Source of the DNA: Deltaproteobacteria bacterium | GTDB taxonomy: Bacteria > Desulfobacterota > GWC2-55-46 > DRQE01 | DNA: 64,000 nt | Direction of reading: 5' to 3' | NCBI GenBank assembly: GCA_015492245.1 | Contig: WGFM01000017.1 | Span: 38,693 to 102,692, forward strand | Shown here: in pieces, positions 1-10,007 of the stretch | How positions within the stretch are numbered: position 1 is the first letter of the stretch | Layout: every line of letters begins with the position of its first letter | Position numbers and translations under genes: made by a program | Notes under the pieces: generated by a model | Told to the model about the DNA's origin: nothing | Database searches by the model: none | Seen by the model: only the letters and a program-made list of their open reading frames with translations

Positions 1-2114
1 CCGTCTACGGCAGGGCGAAGGCCATCGTGGTGGCAACAGGCATGCACACAGAGATAGGCAAGATCGCCACCATGCTCGAGGAGGTAAAGCCCGAGCCCAC
101 TCCTCTGCAGAAAAGGCTTGCAGAGTTCGGCAGACTCCTTGTCTACATAGCAGGCGGGGTGTGCGCACTTATATTCCTTATAGGTGTGATGCGGGGAGAC
201 TCGATCCTCGATATGTTCCTTGTAGCCATAAGCCTTGCAGTGGCTGCCATACCAGAGGGGCTTCCAGCGGTGGTAACCATAGTGCTGGCCCTGGGTGTGC
301 AGCGTATGGTCAAAAGACATGCACTAATACGAAAACTACCTTCCGTGGAAACACTGGGCTCGGCAACCATCGTGGCATCTGACAAGACAGGTACACTTAC
401 ACAGAACCAGATGACAGTGAAAAAACTCTACCTCCCGGATGGCAGGGTGATGGATGCAACCGGCAGGGGCTATGAACCAGAGGGCAGCTTCTTCGTGGAC
501 GGCAAAGAGATAGACCCATCGAAAGAGCCTTCCTTGAGGATGCTCCTTGAGGCCGCACTGCTGTGTAACACCGCAGTATTAAAGAAGACAGAAGATGGCT
601 GGAAGATCATAGGAGACCCCACAGAGGGTGCCCTCGTTACCATGGCACAGAAGGCCGGGCTAAGGAAAGAAGAGCTCGAGAAGGGGTTCGTCTTCTCTGC
701 CGAGATACCCTTCGATGCCGAGAGAAAAAGGATGACACGGGTCTACAGGGGCAGACAGGATGGTCTGTGGCATGCCTTCACAAAGGGTGCGGTGGAGGTA
801 ATACTCAACAGATGCTCACATGCATATATAGACGGAAAGATACAGACGCTCGATGAGACAACAAGAGAGAAGATACTCAAAACAAACCAGAACCTTGCCC
901 ATCAGGCACTCCGTGTGCTCGCCATAGCCGTAAGAACATCTGATAAACCCTTCGATGTCCACCATGCAGACTCTGTGGAGTCAGGGCTTACCTTGCTGGG
1001 GCTTACCGGCATGATAGACCCACCACGGGAAGAGGTGTTCCTTGCTGTTGAAAAGGCAAGAAGGGCCGGTATGATGCCCCTCATGATAACAGGAGACCAC
1101 AAGGAGACAGCCGTTGCCATAGCAAAAGAGATAGGTATATTCGAGCAAGACGATATGGCACTTACAGGCCAGGAGCTGGATGCCATGGGTGAGGAGGAGT
1201 TCAAAAGGATTCTGCCAAAGATAAAGGTGTATGCAAGGGTCAACCCGGCACACAAGCTCAAGATAGTACGGGCATGGAAGAGCCGGGGTGACATAATAGC
1301 CATGACAGGCGATGGTGTCAACGATGCACCTGCCCTAAAGGAGGCGGACATAGGCATAGCCATGGGTATTACCGGAACAGATGTTACAAAGAGTGTTGCC
1401 GACATGGTTCTTATAGATGACAACTTTGCATCCATAGTGGCCGCTGTTGAGGAAGGCAGGGGCATATTCGATAACATAAGAAAGGTGGTGCACTTTCTGC
1501 TCTCATGCAACATAGGGGAGATACTGGTTCTCCTGGTAGCATCCCTCATGGGACTGCCTCTACCACTTCTACCGATACAGATACTCTGGACAAACCTTGT
1601 AACCGACGGGCTGCCTGCCCTTGGGCTTGCAATGGAGAAGATAGACCCAACTGTTATGGAACGAAAACCAAGGGCCAGGGACGAGGGCATCGTTACAACG
1701 AGGCTTCTTCTTGTCATGACAGTTCAGGGTGGGTTCATGGCCATATGCACCCTTGGGGTGTACTGGATAGACCTCTATCTACTGGGTGCATCTGTTGAAG
1801 AGGCAAGAACCATAGCCTTTGCAACCCTTGTGTTCTCCCAGAAGTTCCATGTGTTCAACTGCCGTAGCGAGTGGCAATCGGTCTTCGAGCTTGGCCCATT
1901 TACCAATCGTATGCTGAGCCTTGCGGTGGTCCTTATACTGATTTCACAGGTCCTCATAACCCACATACCCCAGCTTCAGCCCATATTCAAGGTTACACCC
2001 CTGGGGCTGGATAAATGGCTCCTTGTGCTCCTGGCCTCTGTTCAGCCACTTCTGTGGATGGAGGTGGTAAAGTTTATATACAAGAAGAGCGGCAGGGAGC
2101 TGCATCAGCACTGA
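1..2114 (+). CDS. P-type cation-transporting ATPase (Ca2+/SERCA-like), 5'-truncated at window edge
   Basis: Reading frame open from nt 3. Translation contains the DKTGTLT phosphorylation motif, the [11 protein letters not shown] hinge motif and C-terminal TM helices. ORF 27..2114 is the in-window part. Confidence 0.85.
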   Translation, partial: VYGRAKAIVVATGMHTEIGKIATMLEEVKPEPTPLQKRLAEFGRLLVYIAGGVCALIFLIGVMRGDSILDMFLVAISLAVAAIPEGLPAVVTIVLALGVQRMVKRHALIRKLPSVETLGSATIVASDKTGTLTQNQMTVKKLYLPDGRVMDATGRGYEPEGSFFVDGKEIDPSKEPSLRMLLEAALLCNTAVLKKTEDGWKIIGDPTEGALVTMAQKAGLRKEELEKGFVFSAEIPFDAERKRMTRVYRGRQDGLWHAFTKGAVEVILNRCSHAYIDGKIQTLDETTREKILKTNQNLAHQALRVLAIAVRTSDKPFDVHHADSVESGLTLLGLTGMIDPPREEVFLAVEKARRAGMMPLMITGDHKETAVAIAKEIGIFEQDDMALTGQELDAMGEEEFKRILPKIKVYARVNPAHKLKIVRAWKSRGDIIAMTGDGVNDAPALKEADIGIAMGITGTDVTKSVADMVLIDDNFASIVAAVEEGRGIFDNIRKVVHFLLSCNIGEILVLLVASLMGLPLPLLPIQILWTNLVTDGLPALGLAMEKIDPTVMERKPRARDEGIVTTRLLLVMTVQGGFMAICTLGVYWIDLYLLGASVEEARTIAFATLVFSQKFHVFNCRSEWQSVFELGPFTNRMLSLAVVLILISQVLITHIPQLQPIFKVTPLGLDKWLLVLLASVQPLLWMEVVKFIYKKSGRELHQH

Positions 2115-2140
2115 TGTAAACAGCCCTGACAAAGATGGGG

Positions 2141-3058
2141 CTAATCCCTGGGCACCTCGAGCATCCGCCTGAGTGCCACAAGTGCCTTCTCCCTTACATC
2201 CTCTGGCACCCTGACCATGTTCTTCATCTCACGAAGGCCTTCGGCCACATCCTCGAGTGTGGTGAGCTTCATGTTGGGGCATATGAGGGTCTTTGAAGGA
2301 AGGATGAACTTCTTGTCAGGGTTCTCTTTCTTGAGCCTCCAGAGGATACCCATCTCTGTGCCAACTATTATTGTGCTGGCGCTGGTTGAGCGTGCAAAGC
2401 TGTACATCCCTGAGGTGGAACAGACATGGTCTGCAAGGTCCACCACCTCTGGTCTGCACTCGGGATGGCATACAAACACACTGCCCGGGTTTTCCTCCTT
2501 CGCCCTGAGGACCTCCTCGGGGGTGAGTCTGTCGTGGGTGGGGCAGAACCCATCCCACCACTCGAGCTTCTTCTCTGTAAACCGCTGTATGTAATGGGCG
2601 AGGTTTCTGTCTGGCACCATGTATACCCTGTCCGAATCGAGGGATTCCACCACCCTCACTGCGTTTGCCGAGGTGCAGCATATATCGCTCAATGCCTTGA
2701 CCTCTGCCGATGTGTTCACATAGGCAACAACAGGCACGCCGGGGCGTCTTTCACGCTCTGCTTGTAGCTGGTCTGCCCTTATCATGTCGGCCATGGGACA
2801 ACCTGCATCCATCCTTGGCAGTATGACCTTCTTGTGTGGCGAGAGTATGGCGGCGCTTTCTGCCATAAAGTGCACCCCGCAGAACACTATGACATCTGCA
2901 TCTGTGCGGGCTGCCTCCTGGCTGAGCCCTAAGGAATCACCCCTTAAGTCTGCTATCTCCTGGATTTCATCGCGCTGGTAGTTGTGGGCAAGGAGTACGG
3001 CATTGCGCTCTTCAAGGAGCCTTCTGACCTCTCTTTTCAACTCCTCTGTCCTCGACAC
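2141..3058 (-). CDS. nadA: quinolinate synthase A
   Basis: 305 aa. N-terminus (…[16 protein letters not shown]…) and Cys-rich core are typical of NadA. Confidence 0.88.
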   Translation of the reverse strand: MSRTEELKREVRRLLEERNAVLLAHNYQRDEIQEIADLRGDSLGLSQEAARTDADVIVFCGVHFMAESAAILSPHKKVILPRMDAGCPMADMIRADQLQAERERRPGVPVVAYVNTSAEVKALSDICCTSANAVRVVESLDSDRVYMVPDRNLAHYIQRFTEKKLEWWDGFCPTHDRLTPEEVLRAKEENPGSVFVCHPECRPEVVDLADHVCSTSGMYSFARSTSASTIIVGTEMGILWRLKKENPDKKFILPSKTLICPNMKLTTLEDVAEGLREMKNMVRVPEDVREKALVALRRMLEVPRD

Positions 3059-3130
3059 CCTGCTGCAACCTCCTTAAAATTCGCTGCAAAGTCTGATTAT
3101 ATATGATAAGATGTTAAAAAGGCAAGCCCC

Positions 3131-3685
3131 TTGTATCAGATGAATTTATCAGAAAGAGACAGAAAAATACTGCTCAAGATTGCAAGAGATACCATCCATG
3201 CAGTGGCAAGGGGAATGCCCCCACCTGCATTCTCAGCAAACAGCCCTGCCCTTGAGGAGGAACGGGGAGCATTCGTTACAATACACACCCGTGAGGGCAG
3301 GCTTCGTGGCTGTATAGGGGTATTCCAGTCCAACAGCCCCCTCCATGAGACCGTTCGGGACATGGCCGTTGCCGCAGCGAAGGATGACCCACGCTTCAGT
3401 CCCGTAAGGGAGGAAGAACTGCCCAATATCAGGATAGAAGTATCTGTACTCTCGCCACTTAAAAAGATAAACAGTGTGGAAGAAATAGAGGTTGGAAGAC
3501 ACGGCATCTACCTTGTGAAGGGTTTCAACCGTGGTGTCCTTCTGCCACAGGTTGCGGTAGAACACGGGTTCGATAGATACCAGTTTCTGGACCAGACATG
3601 CCTCAAGGCAGGACTTGCGCCAGATTCATGGCGTGAGGGGGCAGATATATACATCTTCGAGGCAGAGGTATTCGAAGAAGATTGA
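3131..3685 (+). CDS. AMMECR1 domain protein
   Basis: 184 aa with the conserved LRGCIG motif of AMMECR1 family proteins. Confidence 0.75.
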   Translation: MYQMNLSERDRKILLKIARDTIHAVARGMPPPAFSANSPALEEERGAFVTIHTREGRLRGCIGVFQSNSPLHETVRDMAVAAAKDDPRFSPVREEELPNIRIEVSVLSPLKKINSVEEIEVGRHGIYLVKGFNRGVLLPQVAVEHGFDRYQFLDQTCLKAGLAPDSWREGADIYIFEAEVFEED

Positions 3686-3688
3686 AGC

Positions 3689-4888
3689 CTACCTTAAGAG
3701 CCCCACCGCCTCTTTTATCCTGTCGACACCCCTTCTTATATCTTCTTCAGAGCAGGCAAAAGAGAGCCTTATGTAGCGATCGTCTCCAAACCCTGCACCT
3801 GGCACAACGCAGACCTCCCCAGTGTCAAGGAGAAAGCTGGCGAACCCTGTGGAATCATCTATGGCCCTGTCTTTATGTGCTCTGCCAAAGAATGTGGATA
3901 CATTGGCAAACACATAGAATGCACCCTGTGGCCTCACACAGCTTATACCATCTATGGAGCTGAGCCCTTCGACCATCATGTCCCTTCTCTTTTTGAACTC
4001 CCTTACCATCTCCTCCACACACTGCTGCGAACCCTTAAGGGCTGCCACAGAGGCCCACTGGCTTATGGAGGTGGGGTTGGATGTGGACTGGCTCTGAACA
4101 CGCGTCATTGCTTCTATGAGCCCTTTGGGCCCCAGGGCATATCCTATCCTCCAGCCTGTCATGGAGTAGCTCTTGGACACGCCGTTAAGGATCACCGTAT
4201 TCTCCCTTGCCCCATCGCAGACACCTGCGGCACAGACAAACTCCACCTCTCCGTAGACTATCCTGTCGTATATCTCGTCTGATATGAGGAGCACACCCCT
4301 GTCTATGGCAACCCTTACGAGCTCTTCAATCTCTCCTGGCGGGTATACACACCCGGTGGGGTTGGAAGGGCTGTTTATGACCACCGCCTTTGTCCTGTCT
4401 GTTATGGAGTCTTTCAGCCTTTCCGGGGTAAGCCTGAACCCTTCTTCCTCGCGGGTATGAACTATCCTGGGCACACCACCTGCAAGCCTTACCATGGGTG
4501 GATAGGACACCCAGTAAGGGGCCGGCACGATGAACTCATCGCCCGGGTCAAGAAGTGCCTGGCAGAGGTTGTAGAAAGAGTGCTTGCCACCACAGGATAC
4601 GAGTATCTCCTCTCTGGCATACTCAAGAGAATGGTCTTTCCTGTAGCGTTCTATTATGGCCTCCTTGAGCTCCTCCATGCCTCCAACAGGTGTATATTTT
4701 GTGTGTCCCTCCTTTACTGCCCTTATGGCCGCCTCTTTTATGTGTTCGGGGGTATCGAAGTCGGGCTCCCCTGCGGTAAAGCTTATCACATCGTGCCCCT
4801 TCTTCCTGAGCTCCTTTGCCTTGCCTGTCAGGGCAAGTGTGGGGGATGCCTCAAGCCCCATGACCCTCCGGGAAAGCCTGATATTCAT
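3689..4888 (-). CDS. class I/II PLP-dependent aminotransferase (aspartate aminotransferase-like)
   Basis: 399 aa. SKSYSMTGWRIGY PLP-lysine motif and the overall AspAT fold signature. Confidence 0.8.
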   Translation of the reverse strand: MNIRLSRRVMGLEASPTLALTGKAKELRKKGHDVISFTAGEPDFDTPEHIKEAAIRAVKEGHTKYTPVGGMEELKEAIIERYRKDHSLEYAREEILVSCGGKHSFYNLCQALLDPGDEFIVPAPYWVSYPPMVRLAGGVPRIVHTREEEGFRLTPERLKDSITDRTKAVVINSPSNPTGCVYPPGEIEELVRVAIDRGVLLISDEIYDRIVYGEVEFVCAAGVCDGARENTVILNGVSKSYSMTGWRIGYALGPKGLIEAMTRVQSQSTSNPTSISQWASVAALKGSQQCVEEMVREFKKRRDMMVEGLSSIDGISCVRPQGAFYVFANVSTFFGRAHKDRAIDDSTGFASFLLDTGEVCVVPGAGFGDDRYIRLSFACSEEDIRRGVDRIKEAVGLLR

Positions 4889-5376
4889 CCTTCCGCTCCG
4901 AATCTTTTCTTGAGCATTTCCCCCACCCCTGATGTTACGAAGGGCTCGAGCCTTCCACCAAGCTTTGCAATCTCCTTTATGAACTTGGAGCTTATGTGGG
5001 CATAGTTCTCAGAGGTCATGAGGAATACTGTCTCTATCGATGGGGCGAGCTCGCGGTTGGTCAGTGCCATCTGGAATTCATACTCGAAATCCGATATGAC
5101 ACGAAGCCCCCTGACTATAACAGAGGCTCCCTTCCTTGCAACATAGTCTATGAGAAGCCCCTTGAAACTCTCCACCCTTACATTGGGATAACTCTTTATC
5201 TCCTCCCTTATCATCTCCATCCTCTCTGCGACTGTAAAGAGCGGGCTCTTCGTTGTCTCCTCTGCAACCGCCACCACCACCTCGTCGAACAATTTGTGGC
5301 AACGCTCTATTATATCCAGGTGTCCACGGGTAATGGGGTCGAAGGTGCCCGGGTATATGGCTATGTGTTTTGTCAT
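4885..5376 (-). CDS. coaD: phosphopantetheine adenylyltransferase
   Basis: 163 aa. N-terminal IAIYPGTFDPITRGHLDII nucleotidyltransferase motif. 4-nt overlap with the upstream gene. Confidence 0.9.
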   Translation of the reverse strand: MTKHIAIYPGTFDPITRGHLDIIERCHKLFDEVVVAVAEETTKSPLFTVAERMEMIREEIKSYPNVRVESFKGLLIDYVARKGASVIVRGLRVISDFEYEFQMALTNRELAPSIETVFLMTSENYAHISSKFIKEIAKLGGRLEPFVTSGVGEMLKKRFGAEG

Positions 5377-5379
5377 CCC

Positions 5380-5934
5380 CTATTGCTCCTTTTCCAGAAA
5401 GTATACCCTTGTATCTCCGTATCTCTTCTCCTTTATTACCCTGACACCAGGGGGAGGCTCGAGCACCTGGTGTCTGGATAGTTCGCATACGATAATGCCA
5501 TCTGGACTCAACACACCGGTTGTTGCAATATGTTCAACTGTCTTCTCTGTAAGCTCCACCCTTTCGTAGGGTGCATCTATGAATATAATATCGAAGGTCC
5601 TGCCTTTTTCCGAGAGCTCCCTCAGGGCTGCCAGTGCATCCTTCTTTACAACCCTTGCCCTCTGGGTGTAGCCACACAGCCCGAGGTTTCGCTTTATAAC
5701 CTCTATGGCCCTTGCCGAAAGGTCTACAAGGGTTGTCTCTTTTGCACCCCTGCTCAGGGACTCTATTGCCATGGCACCTGTGCCTGCAAAGAGATCGAGC
5801 ACCCTCTTTCCCTCCAGCGTCTGGCCGAGCACATTGAATATGGCCTCTCTCACCCTGTCGGTGGTGGGCCTTATGAGTCTGTGTCCAAAGGTGGCAAGCC
5901 TTGTGCCCTTTCTGGCACCACCTGTAATCCTCAT
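5380..5934 (-). CDS. rsmD: 16S rRNA (guanine966-N2)-methyltransferase RsmD
   Basis: Translation matches the RsmD family (…RPTTDRVREAIFNVL…, DLFAGTGAMAIE, FIDAPY). The ORF extends to 6015, but the likely start is the internal Met at 5934, just downstream of the yjbQ stop. Confidence 0.75.
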   Translation of the reverse strand: MRITGGARKGTRLATFGHRLIRPTTDRVREAIFNVLGQTLEGKRVLDLFAGTGAMAIESLSRGAKETTLVDLSARAIEVIKRNLGLCGYTQRARVVKKDALAALRELSEKGRTFDIIFIDAPYERVELTEKTVEHIATTGVLSPDGIIVCELSRHQVLEPPPGVRVIKEKRYGDTRVYFLEKEQ

Positions 5935-5939
5935 AACAA

Positions 5940-6362
5940 CTATATACCCATTACCTTTACAGAGATGAGCCTGTTTCTTGGGCCATCGAACTCTGAAAAG
6001 TAGAGCGCCTGCCACTGGCCAAGCCCAATCCTTCCCCTGGTTAGAGGCAGAGTGAGGCCCGTGCCCACCAGGAGGGACTTGAAATGGGCATCTGCGTTCC
6101 TTCCGTAATCACCACGGTTGTGTTTGTACTCTGCCCTGTTGGGAACAAGCTCATTGAGGAAGAGGTGGAAGTCCTCCTCAAGGGCTCTGTCCTCGTTGTT
6201 AAGGTGTATGGCCGCGGTGGTGTGCCCTGTGGAGACGAGCACAAGGCCCTCTTTTATCCTGCTCTCCTCTACAATTGCCTCCACCTGGTCTGTTATCTTC
6301 ACCTCTTCGGTCTTTCTTGTGGTCGTAAGCCTTATGTTCGCCGTAAACACCCTCATGTTCAT
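5940..6362 (-). CDS. YjbQ/UPF0047 family secondary thiamine-phosphate synthase-like protein
   Basis: 140 aa. …VLVSTGHTTAAIHLNNED… and C-terminal …HNRGDYGRNADAHFKSLLVGTGLTLPL… are typical of the YjbQ family. Confidence 0.7.
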   Translation of the reverse strand: MNMRVFTANIRLTTTRKTEEVKITDQVEAIVEESRIKEGLVLVSTGHTTAAIHLNNEDRALEEDFHLFLNELVPNRAEYKHNRGDYGRNADAHFKSLLVGTGLTLPLTRGRIGLGQWQALYFSEFDGPRNRLISVKVMGI

Positions 6363-6373
6363 ATCTTTTCCTT

Positions 6374-7093
6374 TCAGACTATTTGTGGCAGCATATCGCC
6401 TGCCTTTCCATTTATGACCTCATCCATAAAGGGAGATATGGGGGTTCGCTCCGGGTTTATCTCCGCAACAAAGGCACTCCTCTGTTTCGCCATGGTTGCA
6501 AAGGACGCTGCGGGCTGAACCACTCCTGATGTGCCTATAACGAGCATGAAGTCTGTGGCCTCAACGAGTTCGTAGGCCCTGTTTATGGCACCTGCTGGCA
6601 GCATCTCTCCAAACCAGACCACCCCTGGCCTCAACAGCCCACCACAACCACAACGGGGTGGAATCTCCTTAAGGGGCACATTCCTGTCCTCTTCCTCTCT
6701 GCCACATCCTGTACACCTTATCCGCCAGATGTTGCCATGGAGTTCCACCACATCCCGGCTCCCTGCAAGGCTGTGGAGGCCATCCACATTCTGGGTTATG
6801 ATGGAGAAGTGTCTCTTCTCCTCTTCTATTCTAACCAGTGCATAATGCGCCCTGTTGGGTCTTACCTCTGAAAGCAGCCTTCTGCGCCAGTCGTAAAACT
6901 CCCAGACAAGCTTCGGGTCCCTTCTGAACGCCTCGGGGGTTGCCAGCTCTTCTGCCCTGTGGTTTCGCCACAGCCCATCATTGCCCCTGAATGTGGGCAC
7001 CCCGCTCTCTGCAGAAATGCCTGCCCCTGTAAGCACAACAGGCCTTTCGGCCCTGTGGAGCCTTTCTCTTACCCTTTCTGTAGAGGTACCCAT
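6374..7093 (-). CDS. cobB: NAD-dependent protein deacylase (sirtuin, CobB-type)
   Basis: 239 aa. GAGISAESGVPTFRG Rossmann motif, a Zn-ribbon (CTGC…CGCGG), GTS…V C-terminal motif. Canonical short sirtuin. Confidence 0.85.
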   Translation of the reverse strand: MGTSTERVRERLHRAERPVVLTGAGISAESGVPTFRGNDGLWRNHRAEELATPEAFRRDPKLVWEFYDWRRRLLSEVRPNRAHYALVRIEEEKRHFSIITQNVDGLHSLAGSRDVVELHGNIWRIRCTGCGREEEDRNVPLKEIPPRCGCGGLLRPGVVWFGEMLPAGAINRAYELVEATDFMLVIGTSGVVQPAASFATMAKQRSAFVAEINPERTPISPFMDEVINGKAGDMLPQIV

Positions 7094-7100
7094 AAAAGTC

Positions 7101-7358
7101 TCATGTCTCGAAGCTTCCTTCTCTCGATATAATACCGCTTCTTATGGCATCCTTTATTATCTGCCTTGCATTGTCCTCCTTGTCTGCCTCCACGGCTACC
7201 AGTTTGCCAGCCAGTCCGTCTCTGTCGAGTGTGTCGGCCATGCCAAGGTCTGTAACGATGCAGTCTATGTCGTATTCCTCCAGGAGTTCCTCTATTATGG
7301 AGGCATCCACTTCATCGTAAAGTATGTAAATATCTACAAATCTTATCTTCCTTGCCAT
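7101..7358 (-). CDS. small acidic protein, DUF2007-like (putative signal-transducing/PII-like fold)
   Basis: 85 aa, 8 nt upstream of cobB on the same strand. Pattern …IIEELLEEYDIDCIVTD…GKLVAVEADKEDNARQII… resembles DUF2007 proteins. Assignment is by motif recollection only. Confidence 0.35.
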   Translation of the reverse strand: MARKIRFVDIYILYDEVDASIIEELLEEYDIDCIVTDLGMADTLDRDGLAGKLVAVEADKEDNARQIIKDAIRSGIISREGSFET

Positions 7359-7451
7359 GGGTTATAGGAGTATAATTTAAAATCAAATACCTTGTCAAGC
7401 ACCCCTTGTGTCAGGGCATCTCCTCTTCCTCGCGGTGCACAGTGCCCGCAC

Positions 7452-7519
7452 CACAGCTGAAAGAAACATTTCCATTATAGCTGAAAAGATGGCCCCTAAC
7501 CACAGCCTGAAAAAAGATA
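7452..7519. repeat. three direct repeats of an AGC(C)TGAAA(A)GA motif in the divergent def / DUF2007-cobB intergenic region
   Basis: CACAGCTGAAAGAAACA (7452-68), TAGCTGAAAAGATGG (7479-93), CACAGCCTGAAAAAAGATA (7501-19), spaced about 25 nt apart. Confidence 0.3.
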
Positions 7520-7676
7520 CCTCTCTTCCTCAACGGTTATCCTTCCAGGACACCTCCCTCTTCTGTGAACTTGCAAAAATTGTATAATAACCGATCGAAG
7601 AGGGGGTTGTAAACATTTTTGGTTTTCCTTTGCATTCTGTTGGGTTATAATAGAAAATCGGGAGGTCTTTCATGCC

Positions 7677-8201
7677 ATGGTAAGAAAGATACTTAAATAT
7701 CCGGAGTCTGTGTTGAGAAAAATATCCGAACCTGTGGATAGGGTGGACGATGAGGTAAGGGCCCTCATGGCCGACCTTGTGGATACCATGCGTCATGTGG
7801 GTGGTATAGGGCTTGCTGCCCCGCAGATAGGGGTCAGCATGAGGGTCATAGTCATAGAGATACGAGAGGACGAGACAGAAGATAAAGAGCCACAGATTAT
7901 AAGGCTTGTAAACCCTGAGATAGTGGAGGCACGGGGCACCACCAGGTTTGAGGAGGGCTGCCTCAGTATCCCGGGGATAAAGACGAATGTAAGAAGAAGC
8001 GAGGTGGTGGTGGTATCTGGACTCGATGAAGAGGGTAAAGAGGTCAGAACAGAGGCAACGGGGCTTCTCTCCATAGCGCTCCAGCATGAGATAGACCACC
8101 TCGATGGCATACTCTTCATAGACAGGGTGAGCTCACTTAAAAGAGAGTTCCTCCTCAAAAGATACAGAAGACACCTGTTGAGCCAGGAGCAGGCACTTTA
8201 G
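7677..8201 (+). CDS. def: peptide deformylase
   Basis: 174 aa. GIGLAAPQIG, EGCLSIPG and QHEIDHLDG metal-binding motifs. GGGAGG RBS upstream. Confidence 0.92.
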   Translation: MVRKILKYPESVLRKISEPVDRVDDEVRALMADLVDTMRHVGGIGLAAPQIGVSMRVIVIEIREDETEDKEPQIIRLVNPEIVEARGTTRFEEGCLSIPGIKTNVRRSEVVVVSGLDEEGKEVRTEATGLLSIALQHEIDHLDGILFIDRVSSLKREFLLKRYRRHLLSQEQAL

Positions 8202-8203
8202 AG

Positions 8204-9148
8204 ATGGACCCCTCAAGGATAACCATTGTGTTCATGGGCTCTCCTGAGTTTGCCGTGCCATCCTTGGAAGCACTTTACCAGGAGGGCTACCAGATAAAGG
8301 CGGTCATAACACAACCTGCCAGGCCAAAAGGCAGGGGTAGACGCATAAGGCCAACCCCTGTGGGGGAGTTTGCAAGGAGCAGAGGTTTAGAGGTAAAGGA
8401 ACCTGCAAGACTCAAAGACACTGAGTTCCTCGACCATCTTCGCTCACTCAAGCCCCAGCTCATAGTGGTGGTTGCCTACGGGAAGATTCTTCCCAGAGAG
8501 GTGCTCTCCATACCGGGGCTTGGGTGCATAAACCTTCATGCCTCGCTTCTTCCAAGGTGGCGGGGGGCAGCCCCTGTGCAGAGGGCCATCATGGCAGGTG
8601 ATACCACAACAGGGGTTTCGACCATGCTCATGGACGAGGGGATGGACACAGGCCCCATACTGCTCAAAAAAGAGGTGAAGATTGGCAAGGAGGAGCGTGC
8701 CGGTGAGCTCTCAGAGAGGCTTGCACGCATAGGGGCAGAGCTTCTGGTTGAGACCATAGGGCTATATGTGGCAGGCGGGCTCGAGCCCGTCCCGCAGGAT
8801 GACTGCCTTGCCACATACGCACCACTACTGAAGAAAGAAGAGGGCAGGATAGACTGGCAGAGGCCGGCAACAGAGCTGGCAAACCTCGTAAGGGGGCTGC
8901 ATCCCTGGCCATCTGCCTATACATATCTTGCTGGAAGGCTCATTAAGATTCACAGGGTGCGTGCCACCGATGAAGAAGGTGGGCTTCCTCCAGGAAGGGT
9001 TGTAAAATCTACAGAAGATGGTATATATGTAAGCACAGGAGATGGAATACTCGTTGTAAAGGAACTCCAGCCCGAGGGTAAAACCCCCATGGGGGCAGGC
9101 CAGTTCGCAAGGGGTTACAGGGTAGATGAAGGCACGGCTTTTGAATAA
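8204..9148 (+). CDS. fmt: methionyl-tRNA formyltransferase
   Basis: 314 aa. N-terminal formyltransferase domain (…NLHASLLPRWRGAAP…) and C-terminal tRNA-binding domain. Directly follows def. Confidence 0.9.
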   Translation: MDPSRITIVFMGSPEFAVPSLEALYQEGYQIKAVITQPARPKGRGRRIRPTPVGEFARSRGLEVKEPARLKDTEFLDHLRSLKPQLIVVVAYGKILPREVLSIPGLGCINLHASLLPRWRGAAPVQRAIMAGDTTTGVSTMLMDEGMDTGPILLKKEVKIGKEERAGELSERLARIGAELLVETIGLYVAGGLEPVPQDDCLATYAPLLKKEEGRIDWQRPATELANLVRGLHPWPSAYTYLAGRLIKIHRVRATDEEGGLPPGRVVKSTEDGIYVSTGDGILVVKELQPEGKTPMGAGQFARGYRVDEGTAFE

Positions 9149-9968
9149 CAAAGAGGAATGGAAGGGAAGCCCCGAGAGCATCCCCTACAGGCCCAACAGG
9201 AAGATAATAATAGGGCTTCTTGTCCTTGTAGGGCTCGGCCTGAGTGCCCTCGGGTTTGTTCTATGGTATGTGCCAACCATAGGGCTTAAGAATCTTCATC
9301 CCTCGCTGCCCTATGTGTTCGGGGTCATTGTGGGTGGCATGCTTGCTGTAACGCTGGGAGGGCTCGTGCTCATGGGTGTGGCCCTCATAAAGGGGAGGAT
9401 TGTGGTCTCCTCGCCTGCATTCCGCGGGGTGTTGATAAAGCTCTTCCTGCCCCTGATGATGCTTGTGGGCGGGGTTGCAGGCATACCACGAATAAGGATA
9501 GAACAGGCATTCATAGAGCTCAACAACCGTCTTGTCCGCGAGACGATACGCCGCAGGGGCAGGGGGCTCGCCCCGAACAGGCTCGTCCTCCTCATGCCAC
9601 ACTGCATACAGTATGACAACTGCAGGATAAAGGTTACACGAGAGGTGCGTAACTGTGTTGGCTGTGGCAGGTGTGAGATAGGAGACCTCATAGATGTATC
9701 TGATAAGTACGGTGTGAAGCTATTCGTCCTTACAGGTGGCACTGTGGCACGGAGGAAACTCGTAGAATACAGGCCCGATGCAGTGGTTGCCGTTGCCTGC
9801 GAGAGAGACCTTACAAGCGGCGTGCAGGATGCCTACCCCCTGCCTGTCATAGCCGTAATAAACAAACGCCCCAATGGCTACTGCATAGAGACAGGTGTAA
9901 ACATAGAGGATGTAAAACGGGCACTGGAAGACCTCCTCAACCCCGAACCCTCCCCACAGGCAGGCTAA
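9126..9968 (+). CDS. DUF116 family membrane protein (fmt-associated, CxxC…CxxC)
   Basis: 280 aa with N-terminal TM helices and Cys motifs (MPHCIQYDNC, CVGCGRCEIGD). Overlaps the fmt 3' end. DUF116 genes are typically adjacent to fmt. Confidence 0.55.
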   Translation: MKARLLNNKEEWKGSPESIPYRPNRKIIIGLLVLVGLGLSALGFVLWYVPTIGLKNLHPSLPYVFGVIVGGMLAVTLGGLVLMGVALIKGRIVVSSPAFRGVLIKLFLPLMMLVGGVAGIPRIRIEQAFIELNNRLVRETIRRRGRGLAPNRLVLLMPHCIQYDNCRIKVTREVRNCVGCGRCEIGDLIDVSDKYGVKLFVLTGGTVARRKLVEYRPDAVVAVACERDLTSGVQDAYPLPVIAVINKRPNGYCIETGVNIEDVKRALEDLLNPEPSPQAG

Positions 9969-10007
9969 TCCTTTCCCTTTACACCAGAAAACACTTCTGT
10001 TATCTTT

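Noticed and set aside
902-1717. Long antisense ORFs (e.g. 902..1717-, 10388..10939-, 18524..19315-, 28977..29615-, 38584..39417-, 42095..42922-, 52081..52533-)
   Set aside because: All lie fully inside strongly supported genes on the opposite strand. They have low-complexity Ser/Pro/Arg-rich or Cys/His-rich composition typical of antisense frames in GC-rich DNA, and no recognisable domains.
6374-7358. Sir2-based anti-phage defense system (Thoeris/DSR-like)
   Set aside because: The Sir2 protein is a short canonical CobB-type deacylase with a Zn-ribbon, embedded among housekeeping genes (coaD, rsmD). No SLOG, TIR or large helicase partners are present.
7530-8099. 189-aa minus-strand ORF overlapping def
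   Set aside because: Antisense to peptide deformylase, which has unmistakable motifs. Composition is atypical.
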